From: Fistulifera solaris
Taxonomy: Eukaryota
NCBI GenBank assembly: GCA_030295235.1
Contig: AP026151.1
Coordinates: 1-64,000, forward strand
Length of the DNA: 64,000 nucleotides
Direction: 5' to 3'
Below are positions 48,221 to 61,284 of the stretch, one piece after another (the stretch's first letter is position 1; each line of letters starts with the position of its first letter). The notes beneath the pieces are model-generated. The model ran no database searches. It was not told where the DNA came from and saw only the letters and a program-made list of their open reading frames with translations. The position numbers were made by a program, and so were the translations under genes.

Positions 48221-49090
48221 TCACGGCTCTTGTTCATCTTCCTGTTGATGTTGCTGATGCTCAATTACAGAAGGTACGCCACCATCTTCGTCTGGAATTC
48301 TCGTCGTGATGGTGAGTTCGACTGATTGACTCGGAGGAGGGACTTGTTGCTCCAACATGAGTTCCATATTGAAAACACGCGATTCTCCTATTACATGGAT
48401 TGCCGCAGCACGCCATTCATCAGCCGTGAAGAGTTCTTGACGACAATAAGGGCACTCATCGTGCTGCTTTTCCATCCATTCCATGCAACATGAATAATGA
48501 AACATATGTTGACACGTGGCGCCTCTCAGAATATGCACGCCCGACTTGAATGAACTCAAGCATATTGAGCAGGAACCATTGTCCTCTGAATTATTGCGCT
48601 GTTGCATTTGCGGTCGCCATCGCTCCGATTTGGGAAAGATTTGTGCGAGGATTTGGGATCTTTCACGGTTCGTCATGTAAGGAGAATATCGACCGGTTCC
48701 TGATGGCGCCCGATTTACGTCACGATTTGATTCTGGTGTATCCAGAGAACGTTGTCGTGCACAAAAGGTATACCACAGCCAATATCGGTAATGAAAAATC
48801 GCAAAGGCAATCACAAGGACAAACGGTCCTATCAGCGTAACCCATTTGTGCCAAGTGCTCGACGAATCATCATCGTTGTCGGACGTAGACGACAGATCGC
48901 GCTGCTCTTTGAATACTCTTTTTATAATGATGAACGAAGCATATTCATTACTTGATCCTTCCTTTTTATTGTGTCGCGATCCTCGTAATAATACATCATT
49001 GACACAGATGATTGACTTTACTTGCAACAGTAGCGATATAATAAGCGCGAAATTCCTATCCGAAAATGAAAGCAACGGAAAGAACCGCAT
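48221..49090 (-). CDS. RING-H2 (ATL-like) E3 ubiquitin ligase
   Basis: CSICLS...TCQHMFHYSCCMEW...ECPYCR with signal peptide and TM; paralog of 10569-11452. Confidence 0.9.
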   Translation of the reverse strand: MRFFPLLSFSDRNFALIISLLLQVKSIICVNDVLLRGSRHNKKEGSSNEYASFIIIKRVFKEQRDLSSTSDNDDDSSSTWHKWVTLIGPFVLVIAFAIFHYRYWLWYTFCARQRSLDTPESNRDVNRAPSGTGRYSPYMTNRERSQILAQIFPKSERWRPQMQQRNNSEDNGSCSICLSSFKSGVHILRGATCQHMFHYSCCMEWMEKQHDECPYCRQELFTADEWRAAAIHVIGESRVFNMELMLEQQVPPPSQSVELTITTRIPDEDGGVPSVIEHQQHQQEDEQEP

Positions 49091-49924
49091 TATTTATAAA
49101 AAGATGGATGGTCGTATCATGCTTTTATGCGTTACAACGGCGAATATGTTTTTGCAATCAAAGACCAATATCCGGGGAGTTAAAATTCTGCCATCCAGTA
49201 CAAGATTACACGTAGCGTCCACGACAAGACAGAATTTTAACGCCGTTTCTTGCCTCGCGTGTCGATAATTTTCCCTTCCAGGTAAAAGAACTATTACGTT
49301 CCAGAATTTCCGTATTAGTTATCTCTGGTAATACAGAAATTCTGGTTTGTTTTAGAAATTCTGGACCAGTCTTCGAGAGTCCTGACCTGCATGCTTTTAC
49401 TACCATCCAAACTGTAGTCTTGAGCAAATTCACGACTGGATTTCTGTTATGAGACTGCATCGATCCTTTTGTACATGCAGCCTGCAGCGCGAATTCTTTT
49501 GTCTTTTTTTCGCCTTTGCTTACAGTCTCATTACAATCATCAGTATTCGACTCGACTCACTTTTCCGCCGTCACATAGGCGTCAGCAACAGTTCTGGACA
49601 CGGTGCTTCGGATCATGACGAAAGAAAGCGATGTTCCAGAAATTCCGGACTGGTTATTTCTGGTAATACAGAAATTATGTAGTCGTCCAGAAAATCTATG
49701 TCTGTAAGCCTTTAGCAATTTCTTTGTCGAAACTTATTTCTAGGTTAATGAACAAGATATTACGTTGTCGTTATATTTTCCAAATGCGCCGCCTTGTTTC
49801 CTTAAGTTCCTTCCCATTTCATCTTAACCAATTTTTTCCACCAACCCTTCGATCTGTTCACTCAATCTTTGCTAACTGCTTCCTTCCTTCCATAACCTTA
49901 CAATCAATAGTCATGCAACTATTG

Positions 49925-50882
49925 TTACTCCGACGGCAAGTAACCATGTTCAACGTTGTAACGTTGGAAATAATCTTGCAAAAAATGACGTCCTTCGTGA
50001 AATAACGACAAACTGATAATGGCCTTGGCAATACCGATTCCTTGTCCACGGAAGATACCACGCATACCAAACGTGGTCATATCGTGAAACATTTCCTTGA
50101 CGGCGTCTTGCACCGGAATCGATTTCCCTTGAATCGAGTTGGTTTGCATAATCACTTCCAGACGACTCAATGGATTCGTCACCACGACGTAGATGGGAGA
50201 CACGACACTGGAAGCAATCAAACCCGTGGCGGAACGTCCCCAATTGGTCTTGTCGCCGACTTCCTTTTGAATGTACTTTTGCAATCGCGGTTGACCGACC
50301 AAACCGAGCAAGGCCGATGCCATGGAATGCCCCATAAGCGGGATGGATCCACGGAAGAGAGGAGCGAACTTTTGGGCGGCAGATTCTTTAAGAATATCCC
50401 AAATGGGCTTGGCTTTTCCGGTTTGTCGGAAATAGGCGCGTTGCTGCTTTTCGATCATGCGAATGGGGTTAATGAAAGGAGCCGAGAGAATAGAAGCCGC
50501 AGTAGCGGCAGCGAAACCAGGATTCTCGCCTTCCCCAAGGAAAAAAGAAAAAGCCGAGAAGGATACCGAATTTGGGAACTCGTTTAAAGCCGACACCGAT
50601 CAAACGCGGCGTGACACCCGAAAGGGACGCCGAAATAGGATGAGCAACAAACACAGCGCGTGCTTCTTTCACAGCTATGCGGGGATCTACCGGCTTCCCA
50701 GCGGCATCCTTCGCATATTGCTGCACAAGCTGACGGTAAGCAGTCACAGGATTATCGACGATAGTTTGAAAAGCAGAGCCTCCCAAGTACGCAGTGAGTG
50801 CTTGCGCTTGCGAAAGACCTGTCTTTTTCACGACGAAAAAGTCAGCGGGGATAAACGGAATAGAGGAAGCGTTTGAACTCAT
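49925..50882 (-). CDS. Mitochondrial carrier (SLC25) family protein
   Basis: Three Px-type carrier repeats (DNPVTAYRQ, INPIRMIEKQ, TNPLSRLEVIMQ) and GIFRGQG; frameshift near 50535-50545. Confidence 0.8.
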
Positions 50883-51288
50883 ATTGTAAGCTTATCGTTT
50901 GCTTTCGTTGCTTGTTAATTCAGAGGAAACGAAAGCTTCTTGTCTTTCCAAAAATGAAAGACAATAACAGCAACAAGAGGTGACGACGACCAGAAAATGT
51001 CGACGGCAATGCTGCGCACTACGGTACATTATGCGCAACCGTTGCTTTTTTCAAAATGACCGGTTTGCCGCGATGATACGTTTGCGCTTTGCGAATACAA
51101 TAATGTACGTTCTTGATTGCTGCGACACTGACGATGCAGGTATTACCCTAGGTATGAAGTTTGACACTTAGCCATGAAACACGATTCGGAATTCGATATA
51201 GCCTGTTAAGTAGTCTTGGGGACCGTTGATTAGCTACAATTAACATGTAATCTGTGTGTAACCTTTAACCTTACTGATTGTTTTTTCC

Positions 51289-54200
51289 TCACTCCTCTTT
51301 GTCGTTGCAGTATTTATTGGCATCTTTCTTTTCAAACATGGCCATGATGGAATCTAAATCGGAAGCACTGTGAATGTGACGACTGGCCAATCTGTTGTTG
51401 GTAGACTCTGGCAAAGCCATCTTCGTCGGGTCTACATCTTCTACCGGTAGAGAAGGCATCATCGACGTCATTCCTTTGTCACCAGACATCACGTTCAAAT
51501 TGACCGGCAATGGTGGACTCTTGTAACGCATATCCAACTTTTTCGACAATTCTAATCCGAACGAAGCGACTTCGGCTTTGCTGGCTAAGACGGCACCCAC
51601 ATCTTGCCAAGCTTCGCGCTGTCATTTCGATAGGCATAATAATTATGGAGTTGGTAAAATGGGAAGAAAGAACAAAAACAAGCAAACAATCAATCAAAAC
51701 ACACAATCAACTTACATGAACCAGGATTGTAATGTATTCTACGATTAGCAGAACAAACCATAAAGCGCGTCAGAAAAGAAATGGATGTGCATGTACATGA
51801 AGGACTCCTGCACTCCAACACATATTTATCATTAGGAGAGAGAGAGTCGAACGTACGTACCGATGTAACCTTGATCGGCCATGATTTGTGTGGGCCGAAA
51901 TGCGCCGAAATTGGCCCATTCACGTGGCCGGGCTCGCACAAATTTGCGCAAGGCTTGCTGGAATACCTCAACTTTCTCGTATTCTACTTCCACGGAAAAT
52001 TTGAAAAATACAAATACCTGGGCGTTCGGAGAACGTGCCATGTTCAAGATGCGTGAACTCGCCATGGAGGAATTCGACAAAGTGGCACGCTCGTTCGTTA
52101 CTCCGTAGATGAGGGTCGTATTAAACAATGTGACGTCCTGCAAAATATGGATAAAAAGGATGAATTGAAGTGGAGCGACTACACAAGACACGGATGACGA
52201 GGACACCACTGCAACGTACCTTAACAATCCAACCAGGGCTTCCGTCGGAACTCGTGTCTACTTGGACATTCGAAACATGAATTCGATCACCAATGTCATA
52301 GGGACGCTGCAACAAGATAAATAACCAACCTTCAAACATCTTACTCATGGCCGAACCAATTACAAAGGCAAATGCAAGAATGAACGAAGACATCGAAATG
52401 AACAGTGCCATGGGACTCACTCCGGATTGACTCAACAAGATACAACCCAGCGTCACGTAGAAAATGACATTGATCACATTTTCGAAGGCGCGGTCGACCT
52501 TCTCACTGTTGTGCACCGCTGCCCGTAACAGCTTCGCTTCCCTGTAAACTGCGTCCACGCTCTTGACAAACTCCAATAGTGTCAGATAACCTTCACGGTC
52601 CGGACGCAACAGTCGAATCAAATCCTTCAGTAGTTGTGGGTCGATTTCGCCGGTTTCGTCCACCGTCGCCAACGCCAAGACGTCAAAGCGGAGAACGCTT
52701 GTATCGGGGTTAAACACATTGAGTCGGTGATACACTTCTTGCGACGAAATAATGGTGCTTTCGCGTGTCGACGTGTCACCCCAAGCTATACTGAACAGGA
52801 ATCGATTGTCGAGGAAACTCAGGCTCTGGCGGAACTGGAGAATGGCATCAATCGAAATGGAATCTTCGACACCCATTTCTTTTTCGGGATCTTCCCACGC
52901 ACCGAGGTATTCGTTGATACGATTACGATCGGCCTGACTCAAATCTCGTGGATCGTTAGCCTCGATAACGCGTCCATTGAATTGGTCGAGAGAATCGGGG
53001 GCTGGAGCAGTGATATCCTGTGCATTGTGTAGATCTTTTTCGGATTCGGTGCGAAGCAAACCAAAGTATTGTTCTTCACTAAACCCATAGTTCTGGAGAG
53101 CAATCACACCGCTTTGATTTTTCTTGCGCCGTGCACTACGACGCGACAAATCTCGTGCGACAAAAGCGACACGCCCGAGCAAGAGAATCTTTTTCATAAG
53201 TTTGGCCAAATCTTCCGAGTAGTTTCGATAGATCTTACGACCGAGCATGAATCCCACCCAAACACGTTTGACAGAGATTGCCAATCCCACACCGATGCCC
53301 ATGATCAAAAGACGACGATACCAATCTTCTCCAGGAATACCGCCACTGGGATTTGCTTCTGTGAAAATGGACAAATAGCTCTCGAAATAGTACGTCTGCC
53401 ATTGACCCCAGTGCTGCGCAAAATCTGTATTGCCTTGCAACAACGCTAAATTCCACAAAGACCAAAAGAACATGTGGAACGGTATTCCCCGCGACTGGAT
53501 CACAAACAAGGTAAAGAGCTGTCCAAAGGCACTGACAAAGATCCGTGTACTGACGCAACAGAAATCAATAATGATTGCTTGGCACATTTTGGCGAGACTC
53601 AGGGTAATGATTTGTCGGACACAAACAAAGAGAATCCACCAACTCGCCGATGCCGTTTTCGCATCGAACTGCTCTCCGTCGGTATTGACGAGAATGGTGG
53701 TATTCGTCTCAAAATCATATACCAGTCGTGAGTCCTCCTCAATACGGCCCGTCGGAGGATTTCCCGCAAGATAAAACAGAATGAACGATATTCCAATCGC
53801 GGGTAAAACGACGAGCATCAAAGTCCACAAGTAGGCTCGCAATGCACCTTTTCGCTGTTGCGTGAACTCCTTGGCGTCACTGACCAAACTTTGTCCAGCT
53901 TGTTTGATGGCTTCTTTCTTGGTCTTTTTGTTGCTATTCTTGTTCTTTGTCTTCTTGTTCTTGGATTTATCATTGGAGTCGGTTCCCCTTGGGCCACCCA
54001 GATTTCCACTACTACTACTACTACTACTACCCCGCTGACCTTCTTCCATTTCCATCAAGGCCGAATTGGAAGCAATGGGCGCCAAAGGTGTCTTTAAATC
54101 TCGCTCTTCGTCTTCAGAAAGCATTGATTTCATTTGCAAGGTCGTTTTCAAGGCACCCCAATGCTTATTCGCCTGTGCTTTGGCCTCCTCTTTTCCGCAT

Positions 54201-55242
54201 CCGTTTTGCCACGAAACACCAAGGTAGCACTTTGATCGAACGGTGATGTAGCCGCTGTGGTGTGAATAGGAGGATCATTCTCCAAGTCATCATCCGAATC
54301 GGACGAATCATCATCGGATACATCCCGACTCCCATGTTCCTCCATACGATGCATCGCCGCCATGGCTTGTGTCAATCCAAACAAGGTAGATTCCATCGTT
54401 TTAGTGCGGCGGTGTTGAATATCCGAGGAAGCCGAGTGCTTGGAGGCGGCGGTGGAACTGATTTTGGACGCCTTGGTTGATGATGTATTCGAACGTGCAT
54501 CGGACGAGGTATCTTTCGTGGGCGTGTTTGCTTGAAAAGCAGCGGTATCATAGGGTACATTTTGCAAGATGCGTGTCCCTGAATCAGTCGAAAAGCCTCG
54601 ATCTCTTTGATTGGCCCGTTTTTCCATGGCGTACACAATGGATTCAATCGCCTCGACTTCATGATTGCCACCGCGGACGTCAGCCAAAGAAACTTGCGTA
54701 CGTACATCTCTTTTCGGTAATGGTGGTTCAATGTCGGGAAGCGATGGGGGTGGAGGAGGAGGCGAAGAAGAGTTAAGAGAAGGATTGTTCGATCGCGGAG
54801 GAGAGATGCCGTATCGTTGCGTGGTTGCATTGGAGGCTGGTGTAAGAGGACTGTAGGGTTCTTCCTGATCCTGTATTTGTGCGTTTTTGACCATGGCGAT
54901 CCATCGATCGGTTGTATTGGAAGTTGAAGCGCGCGAAGTGTCATTAATGAGTGAAGGACGTTTGAGCAGCGGTGAAGTATTGAGACTTTGTGCAGTCTGT
55001 GGACTCATCATTGCGGGCTGTTGTTGCTGTTGCTGTGGTTGCTGCCATTGCTGATCACCCCACGACAACTGTCGACCTTTTGCTATTTTCGGCTTTGAGA
55101 GCGAACTTACAAGCGGTTCATCTTCTTTTTCTTTTTCTTCGCTTCCGGTCGTTGTAGCTCGAGCGACGGAGGGGTTGGTGGGAGGTTTTCCTCCTCGATT
55201 CTCACAACCGCTGTTGTTCATCTTTGTTGTTTCCGAATTCAT
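51289..55242 (-). CDS. MscS-like mechanosensitive channel, copy 1
   Basis: FILLQRPYDIGDRIHV, FNTTL...NSSMASSRILNMARSP; EF-hand-like RPDREGYLTLLEF. Introns 52138-52219, 51739-51860 and 51619-51715; frameshift near 54190. Confidence 0.9.
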
Positions 55243-55848
55243 CGCTGTTTCCCTTGCCTTCTCTATTATCTAATCTGTAAATGATTCACTGAATGTCAAT
55301 GAATCATTAAGCCTTCCTTGTCTTGTTTACCAGGTAGTATACTCCGTAATAAGTAACAATTGTTTTGATTTTATGAGCTCTCGTGTGATTTCTTCATATG
55401 GTTTGCTTTTTCGTCATTATTTTTCGACGACGAAAATCGGAAATCATAACAAGATCTTTGGAGACCTGATACAAATCAGTACACTGATTCCGGGAATCGA
55501 ACGAAACACGATAGAACATCGATCCAAATAGAATTCAGCATTTCTTGGAATGACGACCAGATTGTACACTGTGGACGTGCTGACGTTCAGCGACGACGGG
55601 TCGAGTAATAGGTAACTTTTGTTGGATGTTGGATTTACAGATTTCAGTCGATAAAAACTACTGAGTAGACTATATTATATAAAAAAATACTGGAGTATAA
55701 AGAGGAGGTTGAAAAAATTAACAAGAGGGTCTCTGTCTGTTGCCTTGAATCTTATTTGCCAAGTTTCGATCGATTCAATACGCGAGGCAGACCAGCGACC
55801 AGCGTTTGTTGTAGTTTCTCTAGCTAGAGTAGAGATTTAGACTTCGAC

Positions 55849-55864
55849 GAGAGAGAGAGAGAGA
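55849..55864. repeat. (GA)n microsatellite
   Basis: GAGAGAGAGAGAGAGA just downstream of the MscS copy 2 stop codon. Confidence 0.8.
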
Positions 55865-55870
55865 CAATCA

Positions 55871-58800
55871 TTACGTCGCATTTTTCTCAAACAAGGCCAT
55901 GATGGAATCTAAATCGGAAGCACTGTGAATGTGACGACCAGCTGGTCTATTGGAGGAGGAGGTTTCATGCGTCTCTATTTTCGTCGATTCGAAATCCATC
56001 AGCGGTCCCACTCCCTTGTCACCAGACATCATGTTCAAATTGACAGGCAATGGTGGACTCTTGTAACGCATATCCAACTTTTTCGACAATTCTAATCCGA
56101 ACGAAGCGACTTCGGCTTTGCTAGTGTTCACGGCGCCTACATTTTGCCAAGATTCGCGCTGGATTGCAGAATAACATTCGAGGAATGAGACGTCGTCAGC
56201 GAAAAAATAATCGGCAACAAGAAAGCGCAAACGATTAACTTACGTGAACCAAGATTGTAATGTACTCTACCGCACAACCAAAGGAAGGAATAACCCATGT
56301 GAGATACCAAGCTTTAAGATTGCGACATTAGACATTAGGTCCTTCGTGTCGAGTTGCACGTACCAATGTAGCCAAGGTCGGCCATGATCTTCGTAGGCCG
56401 AAAGGCCGCAAAATTCGCCCATTCACGCGGCCGCGCACGCACAAATTTGCGCAAGGCTTGCTGAAATACCTCAACTTTCTCGTATTCTACTTCCACGGAA
56501 AATTTGAAAAACACAAACACTTGCGCGTTGGGAGACCGTGCCATGTTCAGGATCCGTGAACTCGCCATAGAGGAATTCGACAAAGTGGCACGCTCGTTGG
56601 TTGCACCGTACACGAGAGTCGTGTTGAACAACGTGACGTCCTAAAGAATATGGATAAAAAGGGTGAATTGAAGTGGAGCGACTACACAAGACACGGATGA
56701 CGAGGACACCACTGCAACGTACCTTAACAATCCAACCAGGGCTTCCGTCGGAACTCGTGTCTACTTGGACATTCGAAACATGAATTCGATCACCAATGTC
56801 ATAGGGACGCTGCAACAAGATAAATAACCAGCCTTCAAACATCTTACTCATGGCCGAACCAATTACAAAGGCAAATGCAAGAATGAACGAAGACATCGAA
56901 ATGAACAGTGCCATGGGACTCACTCCGGATTGACTCAACAAGATACAACCCAGCGTCACGTAGAAAATGACATTGATCACATTTTCGAAGGCGCGGTCGA
57001 CCTTCTCACTGTTGTGCACCGCTGCCCGTAACAGCTTCGCTTCCCTGTAAACTGCGTCCACGCTCTTGACAAACTCCAATAGTGTCAGATAACCTTCACG
57101 GTCCGGACGCAACAGTCGAATCAAATCCTTCAGTAGTTGTGGGTCGATTTCGCCGGTTTCGTCCACCGTCGCCAACGCCAAGACGTCAAACCGGAGAACG
57201 CTTGTATCGGGGTTAAACACATTTAGACGGTGATACACTTCTTGCGACGAAATAATGGTGCTTTCGCGTGTCGACGTGTCACCCCAAGCTATACTGAACA
57301 AGAATCGACTGTCGAGGAAACTGAGGCTTTGTCGAAATTGAAGGATGGCATCAATGGAGATAGATTCCTCGACACCCATTTGTTTTTCGGGATCTTCCCA
57401 CGCACCGAGGTATTCGTTGATACGATTGCGATCGGCCTGACTCAAGTCTCGTGGGTCGTTCACCTCGATAACGCGCCCCATGAGTTGGTCGAGCGAATCG
57501 GGGGCTGGTGCAGTGATATCCTGTGCATTATTCAGGTTTTCTTCGGATCCTGTACGAAGCAATCCGTTGTATTGCTCCTCGCTAAACCCGTAGTTCTGGA
57601 GAGAAATCGTGCCGGTGAAGTTTTTCTTGCGTCTCGTGCTCCGTCGCGAGAGATCACGCGCGACAAAGGCGACACGGCCTAGCAGAAGAATCTTTTTCAT
57701 AAGTTTGGCCAAATCTTCCGAGTAGTTTCGATAGATCTTACGACCGAGCATGAATCCCACCCAAACACGTTTGACAGAGATTGCCAATCCCACACCGATG
57801 CCCATGATCAGAAGACGACGATACCAATCTTCTCCAGGAATACCGCCACTGGGATTTGCTTGTGTGAAGATCGATAGATAGTTTTCGAAGTAGTACGTCT
57901 GCCACTGCCCCCAGTGTTTTGCGAAATCTGTATTGCCTTGCAACAACGCCAGATCCCATAACGACCAAAAGAACATGTGAAACGGTACACCACGCGACTG
58001 AATGATGAACAAGGTGAAGAACTGTCCAAAAGTGTTGACAAAGATCCGTGTACTGACGCAGAAGAAATCAATAATAATCGTTTGACACATTTTGGCGAGA
58101 CTTAATGTGATGATCTGTCGAACACAAAGAAAAAGAATCCACCAACTCGCCGATGCTGTTTTCGCATCAAATTCTTCTCCATCGGTATTGACAAGAATGG
58201 TGGTATTGGTTTCGAAGTCATATACTAACTTCGAATCATCCTCAATCCGACCCGTCGGAGGATTTCCTGCCAAGTAAAACAGAATGAAGGAAATCCCAAT
58301 GGCTGGAACAACTAGAAGCATCAACGTCCACAAGTACGCCCGCAATGCACTTTTGCGCTGTTGCGTAAACTCCCTCGCATCGCTCACCAAACCCTGTCCT
58401 GCTTGCTGCATGGCCTTTTTCTTTGCCTTCGCTTTCGTCTTGCCCTTTCTTTTGTCCGAATTCTTGGAGCTATCATTTTCATTCGTACGACTTGATTCAC
58501 CCAGCGCACCACTGGTTTGGCCTTCTTCTATATCAGTCAAAGCCGAGTTGGAGGGAATGGGTGACAAGGGCGTTTTCAGATCTTTCTCTTCATTTTCGGA
58601 AAGTACCGTTTTCATTTGCAAGGTTTTCTTTAGAGCACCCCAGTGCTTATGAGCCTGTAACTTGGCTGCTTCCTTTTCCTCGTCCGATTTGCCCCGATAT
58701 ACTAACGTCGCACTTTGGTCGAAATGTGAAGGCATTGCGGATGTACTTAGATGGTGAATATCATCGTCTTCGCCATTATCCGAACCATCGTCACTCCCTT

Positions 58801-59656
58801 CTTCCATACGATGCATCGCTGCCATGGCTTGTGTCAATCCAAATAAAGTCGACTCCATGGTCTTGTTGCGACGGTGCATGTCCGAAGTATGTGATTGTTT
58901 CGAGGCCGCTGCTGAACTAATTTTCGAGGCTTTGGATGTCGTTGAACGTGTATCTGAAGCCTTTTCCGGAGGTGACTGCTGTTGTTGAAAGGCCGTCGCA
59001 TCGTCCGGTACATTTTGCAAAATACGAGTCCCCGAATCCACCGAAAAGCCACGATCTCGTTGTTGATTTTGATGAGCCAGTTTCTCCATGGCGTACACAA
59101 TGTTTTCGATCGCTTCCGCTTCGTGATTCCCGCCGCGCACATCCGCCAGCGACACATGCGTTTGCATCTCTCGTTTCGGTGGGGGAGGCTCAATGTTGGG
59201 GAGTAAGGGAGGTCGATCCGATGGGGGGCGCTGTGTTGTCATGTACGTCGAAGCCGGTGTCAAAGGACTGTAAGGTTCGTCTTCTTCTTGTACTTGTGCA
59301 TTCTTCACCATTGAAATCCATCGATCGGCTGTATTGAAGGTAGAAGCGCGTGTTGCATCATTCACTGCTACAGGACGGGGCGGAGTTGTTGTTGTTGTTG
59401 TTGTTGCTGTTGTTGGAAGACGATTCACCGTCTCTTGACTCATGGGAATCGGCGGTACTGGTTGCGATGACTGTTGCTGTTGATCCCCCCACGACAGCTG
59501 CCGATCTTTCGCTGTTTTCGGTTTCGAGAGAGACGTAACAAGCGCCTCTTCTTCGTCATTTCCGACAGTTGTAGCTCGAGGAACTGGGTTGGTAGGAGGT
59601 TTTCCTCCTCCTCCTTCATGGCCGTCTTTATTCGTCTTTGTCGTTTCCGAGCTCAT
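55871..59656 (-). CDS. MscS-like mechanosensitive channel, copy 2
   Basis: 1061-aa ORF plus three 3' exons with the same structure as copy 1 (intron 56641-56722; micro-exon 56244-56266). Confidence 0.92.
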
Positions 59657-61284
59657 CTCTTTCGCTTTCTCTAATCTAAGTTTGTAAGGCTTGCTTTAAT
59701 TGTTCTATTGTTTGTTTAATGAATTCACTGAACGTCAATGAATCTTGCATTGTGTTGCTTATCTAGTTACTTTTATGAGTGGGCTCTCGGGTTTCCATGT
59801 TGGTTGCGTGATGTTGCGCCTAAAACTCCGACGAAAACGAGATCCGTTGAGACTGGATACAATCTGTACACGGATTCCGCGAATGGAAGAAACACGACAG
59901 ACATCGATCCAAATGGAATCCAGGAACGGATTGGAATGCCGATCAAATTGTAGGAAAAGGACAGGCTGACGTGCGACTGGTTATCGATTATTCCGATAAA
60001 TAGATGAGTCTTGCCAAGTTTTCTCAACAAAATCCTCAAATACCTGGTACTGTACTGGTACATGAGACCGATGACCGATCACTCGTCATCGAGACTGACC
60101 TAAAGCCCGAAATTTCTTTTTTTTCCTAGCCCTAACTTTTCAGACGATAGAAACGCCCTCTCTTAGAGAAGGAAAAAATGCCAAGACTTACGTAGACAAT
60201 TGAAGCGATCCATCTTTCATCCTCATTTTTTGATTTTGTATTCGAACTATTGTCGGTTGTTGTCTCTTCAAATCCATTTGCAATGGTGGTAAATCCCATG
60301 ATGGCATTGTCGGCATAATTGTCTGAAGAATGGGATGATGATAAGTGTCGTACGAGGCCTACGTGAAATACGCGTAGACATACGACGCGTTGCATCTGTC
60401 GTGTGATCAACGTTTTATACGCGCATTGATAACCATTGATGTTGCTGGGAATACCACAATGCAGTTGAAGAATGTAGTTATGACAGCCATGGCAAAGAGC
60501 AAAGAGACGCAATAATTGGTGCGGTGGAATGACAGCGATATCCGGGGTCCCCTCTGTCGATAAATTTCCCTACGAGACCTACGTGGAACTCACGTAGACT
60601 TTCGAAGTGTTTTGCTTTTCATCGTGCCATGATCCCTTTAAATACGAATTAGTGTGACTTATTGTTTGAAAATAAAAGCAATTAATTTGGCGCAAACTAG
60701 ACTACTACGTACAATGACAGTTCGAGGCAAACACACCCCAAAATGAGCCAGGTCGCAAATTTAGATTATCCGGGTCAGCCTACGGCGATAAATTTCCTAC
60801 GAGCGCTACCTGGTAGCATATTTCATTTTTTCAGTTGTTTTTCATGAAACTTTCGCTTTTGTTTCGATTGTTGCCTGGTAGCGTTGATGACAGGGTTGAC
60901 ATGCGTTTTGAAGGAGAGGAACCATGACGTAGTCTATGTTGTTCTATAAGGTGTCAAAGTTTGAACCTATTAACGAACACAAGCGTTCTTATCGAGCATT
61001 TGGTTCCTTATGGCATGATGATTGCCGTAATACAGTTCAAATACGAAATTGGCGGACCGAGAAAGAGAGGCCTTGGGGGGATGAGATGTACAGGCGCACG
61101 TCCTGTCTTTGGCACAAGACGTGCTTCCCATTAAAACTTGTGCGCTAAAGAAATGAGAATTAGTTGCCGACGATCGCGAAATCTGAACTCGTTTCATCTT
61201 CATCTGATTCCGTCATACTCGTAGTAATGAAGGACGAAAACAATCGAATTCACGAAGCTAAAAAAGACAAGAAGCACGGTTTCA

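Noticed and set aside
54008..54030. (CTA)n tract here and (TTG)n at ~59385-59412
   Set aside because: Ordinary coding trinucleotide repeats giving poly-Ser and poly-Thr in the MscS N-termini.
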